A DNA stretch of 59,039 nt, from the IMG/VR virus record IMGVR_UViG_3300036975_000019, positions 1 through 59,039 of that record; one strand, 5' to 3'. Both the position numbers and the translations under genes were made by a program. This document shows positions 26,191 through 34,737 of this stretch, one piece after another; position 1 is the first letter of the stretch; each line of letters starts with the position of its first letter. Below the pieces are notes generated by a model. It did no database searches and was not told where the DNA came from. It saw only the letters and a program-made list of their open reading frames with translations. The stretch is from a virus. Taxonomy: Duplodnaviria; Caudoviricetes.

Positions 26191-28341
26191 ATGGCGAGAA
26201 CAGATTATGATCTGATAGTTGTGTCCTGGGATGGACACAACATAAACGACACGACGAACTATAAAAGCGGCGTGCGGGGCATCTCGTGGGGATTGCCGCC
26301 GATGGCGCCGCTTGCCTCTACTCGTGTCAACAACTTCCCGATTGTGTCCAAGATCGAGCGCCAGCAGAGGATTATCAATTTGCTCGTAACTATCACGGCA
26401 AGCGATAAGCGCACGGCACGAGATAATCTACTCAAGTGGTTTGATCCAGACGATGAAACTGCCAAAAACTTTATTGTAGAGGACGCAGACGGTACAAATG
26501 ACCGCTACGTGCAAGCCTTTTGTTCCAGTTGCGTGCCTACGACTATTGGTTCTACCGCCACGGCACACCGAGATCAATTCAACATCACCCTCGCCACCCA
26601 CGGCGATCCGTTATGGAAAGCGTCGACCAAAAGTGAGCCGGCAACGTGGAGCGCATCTTCGACAGGCGAAACGCACGAATGGACAAACAGTGGAACGGCA
26701 GACGCCTATCCGACTATTACTGTCTCGCCGACCTCTGCCAAGTCTGGAACGGATGACTATCTCTATAAACAGTTTATCCCCTGGCGCTGGCGCGCGCCGT
26801 ATGGTGCCACACGATACCCGCTGGATGTGGTAGACGTTTTGGATACTACCAGCCTGGTCGAGACGGCCACGACAAGCGACCTGGACGGCGCGATCAATGA
26901 CAGCGTGACGACCATCTCTATTACTGACGCCTCGTCATTTCCGACGCGCGGAATGGGATACATTACGGATGCCGTTAACGGCGACGAGCAAATAAGCTGG
27001 ACGGGAAAATCCAGCAATGACCTGACTGGCGTAACGCGCGGCATTGGAGGCACATCGGCAGCACAACACGCTGACGAGGACGTGATCGCCGTCTCAAAAT
27101 CAATGGTCAACGGTGCGGATGTTCGGATTGAGGTTGATGGCGTAGACCGCGATCTGTGGATCACCGGCTGGAATAGCGCATCTAGTAAGGTGTGGGTCAA
27201 TACCGACTGGTCCAAGGCCTGGGATTCGACCATCACCGCCGCCATTGCCAGCGGCGCGACAGTGACGAGTATCACCGTCGACGATTCGGTCAAAGACGCG
27301 CCATCCAGTGGCGTATTATTTATCAATAACGAGGCATTTGCCTACAGCGCAAAAGACAACAAAACCAAGACGTTTGCCATTTCGGACCGCGCGACGCTTG
27401 GCACCAGCGCGGGCAATCACAGCTTGGGTGATACAATCTGGTGGTGCCAGCGGATGATATTCATCAAATACGGCAATCTCTCAGCCTCGGCAATGAGCGT
27501 CGATGCCGATTACGCACCAGCTTTTGACACGACTAACTCGACAAATGGCAGTTGGATATACGGTGCAACTGATTTTGGCGAAGATGATGGGCTGCGCGCG
27601 GGCCAGTGGCAGAGATCGACCGAATACGGCACACCAGAATATTACGGCGGCAATCAGGATAGCGCCGCCGATCCGTGGACAGATCCCGGCCTCGAATGCA
27701 CGGGACGGGAAAAGGGCCGGTATTATCTATGGAACCCGTGCGGTATAACCAACGTCAATGCCACGAACGGCGAAAAATGGAGCGATAACACAAGCGACTG
27801 GCACGGCACCATCTCGAGCTGGACGGGCCGATCCTGGTACGCTGAATATATCACGCCGGCGCCTAGTTCGGCTTCGACGTGGGAGGCGTGGTCACAGGAT
27901 CAGGCTATCACAGCGGGGCGCTATAAAATTTCGATTATGAGCCGGGCGATCAACAAATCCACAACCAACAAATTTGAGCTGCAGGATTGCACGATTACGC
28001 TCAACTCAAATCAGATACCCGTGATCGGCTCATTCTCGGAATCGGGCATGTACAATCTGAGTCTGACCATTGCCAACAATACGACTGGCGAAAGCATCGC
28101 ACTGGCCTGGAAAACGGCGGTAGATTCAGAATTGGAGATCGATACTCGCCCTGTTCTGGAAGGCGGTAAAACAGTAACCGATATCACCAACGGCATCAAC
28201 GCCTTTAATGCACTCACCCTGGTTGAGGCACACCGCCGGGACTGGTTCAAATTGCAGCCCGGTGTCAATGAGTGGGAAATTACAGAAACGGGACTGGCCG
28301 GCATGGATATAACGATTGAATTTCGAGCGAGATTTTATTAG
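26191..28341 (+). CDS. Distal tail (Dit-like) protein with inserted domains
   Basis: After TMP; NSGTADAYPTI and C-terminal WFKLQPGVNE; two internal repeats (AI....T.I.+.D.S..P..G...I..E...T...RG..GTSA..H). Confidence 0.7.
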   Translation: MARTDYDLIVVSWDGHNINDTTNYKSGVRGISWGLPPMAPLASTRVNNFPIVSKIERQQRIINLLVTITASDKRTARDNLLKWFDPDDETAKNFIVEDADGTNDRYVQAFCSSCVPTTIGSTATAHRDQFNITLATHGDPLWKASTKSEPATWSASSTGETHEWTNSGTADAYPTITVSPTSAKSGTDDYLYKQFIPWRWRAPYGATRYPLDVVDVLDTTSLVETATTSDLDGAINDSVTTISITDASSFPTRGMGYITDAVNGDEQISWTGKSSNDLTGVTRGIGGTSAAQHADEDVIAVSKSMVNGADVRIEVDGVDRDLWITGWNSASSKVWVNTDWSKAWDSTITAAIASGATVTSITVDDSVKDAPSSGVLFINNEAFAYSAKDNKTKTFAISDRATLGTSAGNHSLGDTIWWCQRMIFIKYGNLSASAMSVDADYAPAFDTTNSTNGSWIYGATDFGEDDGLRAGQWQRSTEYGTPEYYGGNQDSAADPWTDPGLECTGREKGRYYLWNPCGITNVNATNGEKWSDNTSDWHGTISSWTGRSWYAEYITPAPSSASTWEAWSQDQAITAGRYKISIMSRAINKSTTNKFELQDCTITLNSNQIPVIGSFSESGMYNLSLTIANNTTGESIALAWKTAVDSELEIDTRPVLEGGKTVTDITNGINAFNALTLVEAHRRDWFKLQPGVNEWEITETGLAGMDITIEFRARFY

Positions 28342-28349
28342 GAGGGATT

Positions 28350-28634
28350 ATGTCACTGCTAACCAGATTGCTAGATCCAGAGGAGGGCGAAGCCAAGCTG
28401 CCCGTCCACCAATTCATGGCGGCACTGGCAGAATACAAGCGCGGCGCGATCACTGGGTCTCAGGTTGTTTCTGCTTTCGGTCTCTCACCTACCGAAGCCA
28501 CGCAATTGCAGGATTGGTTGGACAATCTCGACGGCGATACAATCAATCGAGCACTGATTCACGATGCCCTGTTGCTCGGCGAGGTCGGTTTATACACGCA
28601 GGCATTTGTCAAGACGAGGTTAGGTATTGAATGA
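28350..28634 (+). CDS. Small tail-region protein
   Basis: AGGAGG RBS; 94 aa. Confidence 0.6.
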   Translation: MSLLTRLLDPEEGEAKLPVHQFMAALAEYKRGAITGSQVVSAFGLSPTEATQLQDWLDNLDGDTINRALIHDALLLGEVGLYTQAFVKTRLGIE

Positions 28635-31354
28635 GTATTGCTGTAGCAATCACCAGGGCAGCGGCTAATACAGATACGGGCAACCAGACATTTACGGCTG
28701 CCGACCTGGGCGATTTGACGCCTGCCGCAGCGCTATTCATCGTTTCTGGCGGCACATCAGATGGTACTGCTGCCGCCGATGCCATTCTCGGATTTGGCGC
28801 AGCGACATCGACAAGCGAGCGCTGGGCCTGTGACGCAACCTCCGAGGACTCGGTAGCCACAACCGATTCTAGCCGGCACGCGATAGATGACGGCTGTATT
28901 ATTGTCACTGCGCCCGGCAGTTCCAGCGCAGACGGCGAGGCCGATTTCGTCTCATTTGGCACCAATAGCGTTACCGTCAACTGGTCCGATGCGCCCAGCT
29001 CGGCATGGCTGATAACCGTCATCCTTTTCGGCGGCGATGATTTGTCAGCACACGCTGGCGTATATACACCTCACGGAACGGTCGATAATGCCGTAGACGT
29101 AACTGGTCCTGGATTTGAACCCGATATTGTATTTTCTGCAACCCACGGCGAGGGGTTCGACGGATCGGGCTATAGTGACGGCAAGCTTAGCTTTGGCATC
29201 GCATTAAACAAAGATCCTGTCGTCCAGTTCTGCCAGGGTTGGTTTTCCTCAAACGGTGAGGCGTCCGCAAATGTCCAGGCGGCTATCACTGACGATTACG
29301 GCATAGCCAATAAAGAGGAAGATTCGGCCTGGGAATGGGCGGGCGAATACGGCAGTTTTGATTCGGACGGGTTTTCTGTTACGTCTCGCGTGGGTGGCAA
29401 TTCAGATAGTGACGAGGTTGGCTACCTCGCGCTGGCATTTAGTGGCGCGGTAGATTTCGCCGCTGGCATTATTGACACGCCGACCAGTACGGGCACCGAC
29501 TCAATCACCGATCCGAGTTTCACGCCACAATTTGTCCTGTTGGGTATGACGCAGTTGCAGGCCATAGATACCAATTACACCGACGGGGACGCGGGGTCAT
29601 TCGGCGTTTCTGTTTTTGATGCGGATGACGCATATAGCAATAGCATCCAGGACGAGGACGCAGAGGGCACCGCAGACACGCAATCTCTGAGCGACGACAC
29701 GGCAGTCAACTTTCCTGCTGACGATGGATCGGCCAGTCACGTCGCGGCATTTTCGTCATTCGATGCCAATGGCTGGACGCTGAATTTTAGTACCACCGAT
29801 GGTACCGCGCGAAAATGGTTCTATTTTGCGATAGAGGCGTATGCGACAGGATCGGCATCGGTCAGTCCGTCCGTATCACCATCCGTATCGCCGTCCGTTT
29901 CTCCATCAGTCAGCCCGTCCGTTTCGCCATCCGTCTCACCATCACTATCACCAAGTGCAAGCATTAGCCCGTCCGTTTCGGAAAGCTCGTCCGTTTCGTC
30001 ATCGCCGTCTAGTTCGGTCTCGCCATCACTATCACCAAGTGCAAGCATTTCGCCGTCCAGTTCGGTATCGCCGTCTAGTTCAGTGTCACCATCTGAATCG
30101 CCATCTATATCGCCGTCGCCAAGTTCAAGCGTCTCACCATCCATTTCGCCGTCCGTGTCGCCTTCTGTCTCACCGTCTGTGTCGCCGTCCGTGTCGCCCT
30201 CGGTTTCACCATCGGTGTCACCATCTGAATCGCCGTCCATCTCGCCATCCAGCTCGGTATCACCGTCCGTGTCGCCGTCTGTCTCGCCGTCTATCTCACC
30301 CACGCCGCCGCCGGCAATCATACTTGAAACGCAGGCTCGCGTTCTCGTGGCAGACCTATCACAAAATATCTTTGCCGAAATCGAGCCGCGAATTGATCAG
30401 GTTGCATGGCGTATCAATCAGCCGACAACGGTTGTGATGGCAATTGATGCAGATGAAGCGACCGAGACAATTTGCCAATTTGGAAATCGAATCGTTATCC
30501 AATTCCAGAATGGTTTGCCCGACTGGGGCGGGGTAATAGATTGCCCGCAGGTCTGGCGCGATGACGGCACAATAGAGATGCACGTATATTCACCGGAGCG
30601 TCTGCTCAATCGGCGTTATACCGAACGAGAGCAGATTTTTGACGGCAATAACGCTGGCACCATTCTGCAAAAGTTGCTGGAAAAGGCCAACAATGAACAC
30701 CCGACAGGTATTGTTCTCGGCTCGATCTGGCAGGGCGGCGACGATTTGCAGGTTGAAAACCACTATACAAAATTGCAGGAGGTCATCACGCAGCAATTGC
30801 TGAATGACGAATACACGCCCTACGCCTACGAGATCGTGACGACTGTAGAAAGTGGTAAAATCGTATTTACTATCAATTTCTACGAAAAATTGGGCCGCGA
30901 TTTGTCTGCCGAAGCGATCTGGTTTGAGGGTGAAAATTTTACTGTCGAGGAATTTTCCTACCGTGGGCCTATCATCAATGAATTTACGGCCATTGGTAAA
31001 GGCTCGACGTGGGATGATGATCGCCCCGTTGCAACCGAGACAGACGAGACGAGCAGAGCACGGTACGGCCTTTGCCAGGAATCGGAGATATATTCAGAGA
31101 TACTAGAACAGGGCACATGTGAGACAATCGCCGCCACGCGCATTGATCGCCACCGCGAGCCGTGGATACACCTCGTCGGCACGGAATATGATATGGACGC
31201 GGCGCCATACGCTGGCCATCACGCGGGCGATATTATCCGCGCTATTTTGCCCAATTATGGATTCAACGGCACGGATGTCAACGTTCGCATTTTAACGCGC
31301 GAATTTGATTTCGGCACGCACCTATGCCGCGTCGTGGCAGAGGAGGATCGATAA
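28631..31354 (+). CDS. Tail hub (Tal-like) protein with N-terminal beta-rich domain and ~150-aa Ser/Pro linker
   Basis: C-terminal third has a hub pattern (WGGVI, SRARYGLCQE, GDIIRAI); N-terminal repeats (TGPGFEPD, TDPSFTPQ, F.SFD..G++). Confidence 0.7.
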   Translation: MSIAVAITRAAANTDTGNQTFTAADLGDLTPAAALFIVSGGTSDGTAAADAILGFGAATSTSERWACDATSEDSVATTDSSRHAIDDGCIIVTAPGSSSADGEADFVSFGTNSVTVNWSDAPSSAWLITVILFGGDDLSAHAGVYTPHGTVDNAVDVTGPGFEPDIVFSATHGEGFDGSGYSDGKLSFGIALNKDPVVQFCQGWFSSNGEASANVQAAITDDYGIANKEEDSAWEWAGEYGSFDSDGFSVTSRVGGNSDSDEVGYLALAFSGAVDFAAGIIDTPTSTGTDSITDPSFTPQFVLLGMTQLQAIDTNYTDGDAGSFGVSVFDADDAYSNSIQDEDAEGTADTQSLSDDTAVNFPADDGSASHVAAFSSFDANGWTLNFSTTDGTARKWFYFAIEAYATGSASVSPSVSPSVSPSVSPSVSPSVSPSVSPSLSPSASISPSVSESSSVSSSPSSSVSPSLSPSASISPSSSVSPSSSVSPSESPSISPSPSSSVSPSISPSVSPSVSPSVSPSVSPSVSPSVSPSESPSISPSSSVSPSVSPSVSPSISPTPPPAIILETQARVLVADLSQNIFAEIEPRIDQVAWRINQPTTVVMAIDADEATETICQFGNRIVIQFQNGLPDWGGVIDCPQVWRDDGTIEMHVYSPERLLNRRYTEREQIFDGNNAGTILQKLLEKANNEHPTGIVLGSIWQGGDDLQVENHYTKLQEVITQQLLNDEYTPYAYEIVTTVESGKIVFTINFYEKLGRDLSAEAIWFEGENFTVEEFSYRGPIINEFTAIGKGSTWDDDRPVATETDETSRARYGLCQESEIYSEILEQGTCETIAATRIDRHREPWIHLVGTEYDMDAAPYAGHHAGDIIRAILPNYGFNGTDVNVRILTREFDFGTHLCRVVAEEDR
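29852..30312 (+). repeat. Coding tandem repeat (SPSV/SPSI/SPSS)n
   Basis: Degenerate 12-nt units with varied synonymous codons. Confidence 0.95.
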
Positions 31355-32254
31355 ATGCCACGCTTGCAACCATCCTACGTTTGCCTAGACAAAAGCCAGG
31401 GCAATCTAATCGAACAAATTGAGAAAACCAAACACAAAGTGCGCATGTTGCAGGAAAATACGCTGCCCACCGCAGGCGGTGAACGCGAGGGCAACAGCAT
31501 TGCGGACGAGACGCAAGCTATCATATACGAGGGAAATATACCCGTCGGCGGCATCATATTATGGCATGGCTCGTCAGGTAATATCCCATCTGGTTGGGCG
31601 CTGTGCAATGGCAGCAACGGCACGCCCGATCTGCGAAACAGATTTGTCGTTGGCGCCGGCGATACCTATAGCCCGGGCGATACCGGCGGCTCGTCCTCCA
31701 TTGACTGGGAACACAATCACAGCTCGGGCAGTTACGCAACGGATAACGACTCACATAGTCACAATGTCGAGGGAACCAGTGCCAGCGAATCGAGCCATAC
31801 CCACGGCACCGGCTCATTGGTTACGGCGAACGAGTCGAGCCATACCCACGGCATAGGCTCAATAGCGGCGGCGAACGAATCAAGCCATACCCACGGCGCT
31901 GGATCTTATGCCGCAGACGCATCATCCAGCGCGACGGTTGATTTGCAGAGCACGCTATATGATACGAACGTCCGAAACCTCAACCATACACATAATGTCT
32001 CGGGCGAGAGCAGCGCCGGCAGTGCCCACACGCACAGCATGAGCGGTACCAGTGCGGCGGGATCTACTCACAATCACACCGTCTCAGGCAGCACCGCCGC
32101 CGGTTCATCTCACAGCCACGGTGCGGGCAGCTATTCAACCGATAGCGACAGCCACAGTCACGATGTCACCGGATCGAGCAGTACAGAAGGCAGCTCGTCA
32201 GAAAGCATTTTACCACCATACTACGCGCTGTGCTGGATTATGCGCGTCTCGTAA
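31355..32254 (+). CDS. Tail fibre with collar domain and HxH metal-binding repeats
   Basis: PVGGIILW..IPSGWALCNGSNGTPDLRNRFVVGAG; ten HxH motifs; LPPYYALCWIMR end. Confidence 0.85.
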   Translation: MPRLQPSYVCLDKSQGNLIEQIEKTKHKVRMLQENTLPTAGGEREGNSIADETQAIIYEGNIPVGGIILWHGSSGNIPSGWALCNGSNGTPDLRNRFVVGAGDTYSPGDTGGSSSIDWEHNHSSGSYATDNDSHSHNVEGTSASESSHTHGTGSLVTANESSHTHGIGSIAAANESSHTHGAGSYAADASSSATVDLQSTLYDTNVRNLNHTHNVSGESSAGSAHTHSMSGTSAAGSTHNHTVSGSTAAGSSHSHGAGSYSTDSDSHSHDVTGSSSTEGSSSESILPPYYALCWIMRVS

Positions 32255-32309
32255 CAAATCAGGCTACGCAAATTGGCTGTTTAGGTATTTGCGCAGTCTG
32301 CCATTAACG

Positions 32310-32339
32310 AAGCCGCACCATTTCTAGTGCGGCTTTTGT
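32310..32339 (+). terminator. Intrinsic terminator of the structural operon
   Basis: AAGCCGCAC/GTGCGGCTT stem followed by T-rich sequence. Confidence 0.7.
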
Positions 32340-32359
32340 CGTTTCTGGTTGAAATCGCA

Positions 32360-32392
32360 AATTTCTAACCAATTTCTAACCAATTTCTAACC
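32360..32392. repeat. Three perfect tandem 11-bp repeats AATTTCTAACC
   Basis: Copies at 32360, 32371 and 32382. Confidence 0.9.
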
Positions 32393-32401
32393 ATTTGCCT
32401 A

Positions 32402-32430
32402 TTGACATTTAAGCGAAAATCGCTTATAAT
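32402..32430 (+). promoter_or_regulatory. Consensus sigma70 promoter with palindromic spacer
   Basis: TTGACA-17-TATAAT; AAGCGA-AAA-TCGCTT inverted repeat. Confidence 0.85.
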
Positions 32431-32473
32431 ATAGACAGCTAATCAAACGGTGACCGCGGAAATGGAGAGCAAA

Positions 32474-32932
32474 ATGATAGAGAAAATCAAAGTTTGGAAA
32501 AAGAACTGGAACGGAAAAGATGGCTACAAAATCGAAACAAGAATCTACATCGACCTCGACAACGGCAAGCGCGGCGGCTTTTTCCTGACAGGGAATCCAT
32601 ACCAAAATGCAGGCGACATCGACGGCCAGATTACACAAGCCGACATTGACGAAGCGCTCGAACTTTGCGGCGGCGAATGGCACACGATGTACCGTGAAGA
32701 ATGCGAGGCTGCCTACAAATCACAACCGCAAGACAACCACGATTTTTTCTCAGCATTTTTCGATACACCAGAAACGCCGGTTTGCTTCGAATGCGGAACG
32801 ACAGAAAATCTAGTTTGCATCAATAACGACAGCGGAATGTATCTCTGCCAGAAATGCCGGTCTAAAATACAACAACACACAATATGCTCATTGGCATCAG
32901 ATCCAACAGAGGAAGCGGCGAGAAATCAATAA
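32474..32932 (+). CDS. Hypothetical early protein with C-terminal zinc finger
   Basis: GGAGAG RBS; CFECG...LCQKC. Confidence 0.6.
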   Translation: MIEKIKVWKKNWNGKDGYKIETRIYIDLDNGKRGGFFLTGNPYQNAGDIDGQITQADIDEALELCGGEWHTMYREECEAAYKSQPQDNHDFFSAFFDTPETPVCFECGTTENLVCINNDSGMYLCQKCRSKIQQHTICSLASDPTEEAARNQ

Positions 32933-32979
32933 TTTTCAGTGCCCCGCCGGTGGCCTCGTAACCGGCAAGGAGAGAAGGA

Positions 32980-33396
32980 ATGACTGAAACAAGATTAGTT
33001 TGCTCAAAGTGCGGCAAAACAAAAGAGCGTAGCGAGGCGCTCAAAGCTGGCTGGTTGGAACACCAGATCAAAGATGCGCCGGCAGGTTATCTAATCATCC
33101 GCTGCCCGGAACACATCACTGGCCACGCGCTGAGGATGGCGGGATTGCCACAGCAAAAAGTCAGCAAGCGGATTGCCGACAACCTAGATCGCGGCCTCTG
33201 GTGCGAATTCGGCGACGATTACATCGCCAGCGCAAGCGAGATCGACACCGATGACGGCATTGCCTTCGCGCTCTCGTATCATCACGAAGGCATGCCGGCG
33301 CACAAATCAAAAACGTTTGATACGGTGCTCGCGCTGATCGTGGCAATGCGCGAAGTCGAACCGGATCTTCGAAAGTGGCGGCTTAGAGAATTATAA
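32980..33396 (+). CDS. Hypothetical early protein
   Basis: CSKC...CPEH; strong RBS. Confidence 0.6.
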   Translation: MTETRLVCSKCGKTKERSEALKAGWLEHQIKDAPAGYLIIRCPEHITGHALRMAGLPQQKVSKRIADNLDRGLWCEFGDDYIASASEIDTDDGIAFALSYHHEGMPAHKSKTFDTVLALIVAMREVEPDLRKWRLREL

Positions 33397-33466
33397 CCTT
33401 GCAGAAACGTACAATAAAAGGGCCGATTTTGGCCCTTTTTTGCTATCATGTTTGCAGGATTGTCTA

Positions 33467-33495
33467 TTGACAATACGCTAGCGATATGCTATAAT
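33467..33495 (+). promoter_or_regulatory. Consensus sigma70 promoter
   Basis: TTGACA-17-TATAAT; flanks similar to the 32402 promoter. Confidence 0.85.
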
Positions 33496-33538
33496 GTAGA
33501 CAGTTAACCAAACAGCGAACACGAAACGGAGAACGAAA

Positions 33539-33919
33539 ATGGCATTCAAAATCATAGCACCAAATGGACAGAAATATACGATAGACGGAAACAGATTGGC
33601 AATGAATCGCGCAGTCGATTACAATTTGTTTGAAAAAGGCAATTACGGACCGTATCAGTTGGACGCCGAGGATTGGGGAATTTTAAGCGGCGCATTCAGC
33701 AAATGCATCAGCCAGGAGGAATTCGGCAATATCGACAGCACAAATTGGCACGACCACCCAGCGACCAGCCGCCAACGTGAGTATTTGGCAATTCTGCAGG
33801 TCAGAATCCCCGACGGCTACCCATTGACCAAAGGCGCCGCCAGCACGATCATCGGCTCAGTGAAAAGCGGAAACGGCGTCGGCTCATTCGGACTGACCTT
33901 CACAGACGGAAGCAACTAG
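33539..33919 (+). CDS. Hypothetical early protein
   Basis: GGAG RBS; PATSRQREYL...LTKGAASTII small helical motif. Confidence 0.6.
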   Translation: MAFKIIAPNGQKYTIDGNRLAMNRAVDYNLFEKGNYGPYQLDAEDWGILSGAFSKCISQEEFGNIDSTNWHDHPATSRQREYLAILQVRIPDGYPLTKGAASTIIGSVKSGNGVGSFGLTFTDGSN

Positions 33920-33923
33920 AAAC

Positions 33924-33949
33924 GGGCGGGGAAACCCGCCCTCATTTTT
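33924..33949 (+). terminator. Intrinsic terminator-like hairpin
   Basis: GGGCGGG-GAAA-CCCGCCC then TCATTTTT. Confidence 0.6.
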
Positions 33950-33961
33950 CAGGAGAATACA

Positions 33962-34423
33962 ATGGCAAAAATGCAATTAAACGTTCGGATCCCCAACATC
34001 ACCCGCCGGCAAATGGACACAATCGCCGGGCGGGAAAATATGACAAAGGGCGAGATTGTAACTCTTGCCGTGGATAGGCTGTATGCACAGCTAGAAAGGG
34101 AGCACAAAATGGATGAAAAAATCACGAGCGTCAGATACGGATTTCACGCAGCAGATTTACTGATCGGCGACGACGAAATGGAAATGTACGACGAGCGTCT
34201 GAGCGCAGCCAAGTACGCGGATTTGGTCGAGACCAAATTCCGCGAGGCTTATCCAGAAGCCGATATCGAGGTCGTCTATGATTTCGGAGCCGGCGGCGTA
34301 TTGCCCTATCCGCTCAGAGCCGCCGTCAATGACGAGATCGATCACCGCGAGATCGGCACCGTCCAGCACATCGCTGGGCAGGTGTACGAGGATTTCGCCT
34401 GGTGCGTGGAGAAAGGGGAATAG
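33962..34423 (+). CDS. Ribbon-helix-helix protein with C-terminal extension
   Basis: KMQLNVRIPNITRRQMDTIA...KGEIVTLAVDRLY. Confidence 0.6.
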   Translation: MAKMQLNVRIPNITRRQMDTIAGRENMTKGEIVTLAVDRLYAQLEREHKMDEKITSVRYGFHAADLLIGDDEMEMYDERLSAAKYADLVETKFREAYPEADIEVVYDFGAGGVLPYPLRAAVNDEIDHREIGTVQHIAGQVYEDFAWCVEKGE

Positions 34424-34438
34424 CAGCAAGCTGGAATC

Positions 34439-34463
34439 AGGCCCCCACATCGGGGGCTTTTTT
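34439..34463 (+). terminator. Terminator between convergent operons
   Basis: AGGCCCCC/GGGGGCTT stem plus T run. Confidence 0.7.
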
Positions 34464-34684
34464 CATTCCAACAGAACGCCAAATGCGACGGCGGCGGCAA
34501 TCAGCGCGTCATTGTAGCCGCGTTCATATAGGGCTATTTTCTCTCCAAGTTCGTGCAGGTCGGGCTGGCTTCCCATTTCGGCGATAAATTCTCGCACCAC
34601 AATCGGCGCGCCCGTACTCGCGAGCGAAACGCCGTACAGTATGTTCGCTATGTCATCACGAAAAAATACCTCTAATGCCATCAT
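34463..34684 (-). CDS. Small hypothetical protein, last gene of the reverse operon
   Basis: AAGGTG RBS; 73 aa. Confidence 0.55.
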   Translation of the reverse strand: MMALEVFFRDDIANILYGVSLASTGAPIVVREFIAEMGSQPDLHELGEKIALYERGYNDALIAAAVAFGVLLE

Positions 34685-34737
34685 TCACCTTTCTTGTCTA
34701 CTACTCTACTCGCCTACACATTCACGCCCAAGTATGC

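Noticed and set aside
29852-30312. CRISPR array or DGR variable repeat
   Set aside because: Coding 12-nt degenerate units without spacers; no reverse transcriptase or cas genes recognised
29821-30321. Reverse ORF with GDTDGET repeats
   Set aside because: Antisense shadow of the SPSV repeat; no RBS or operon context
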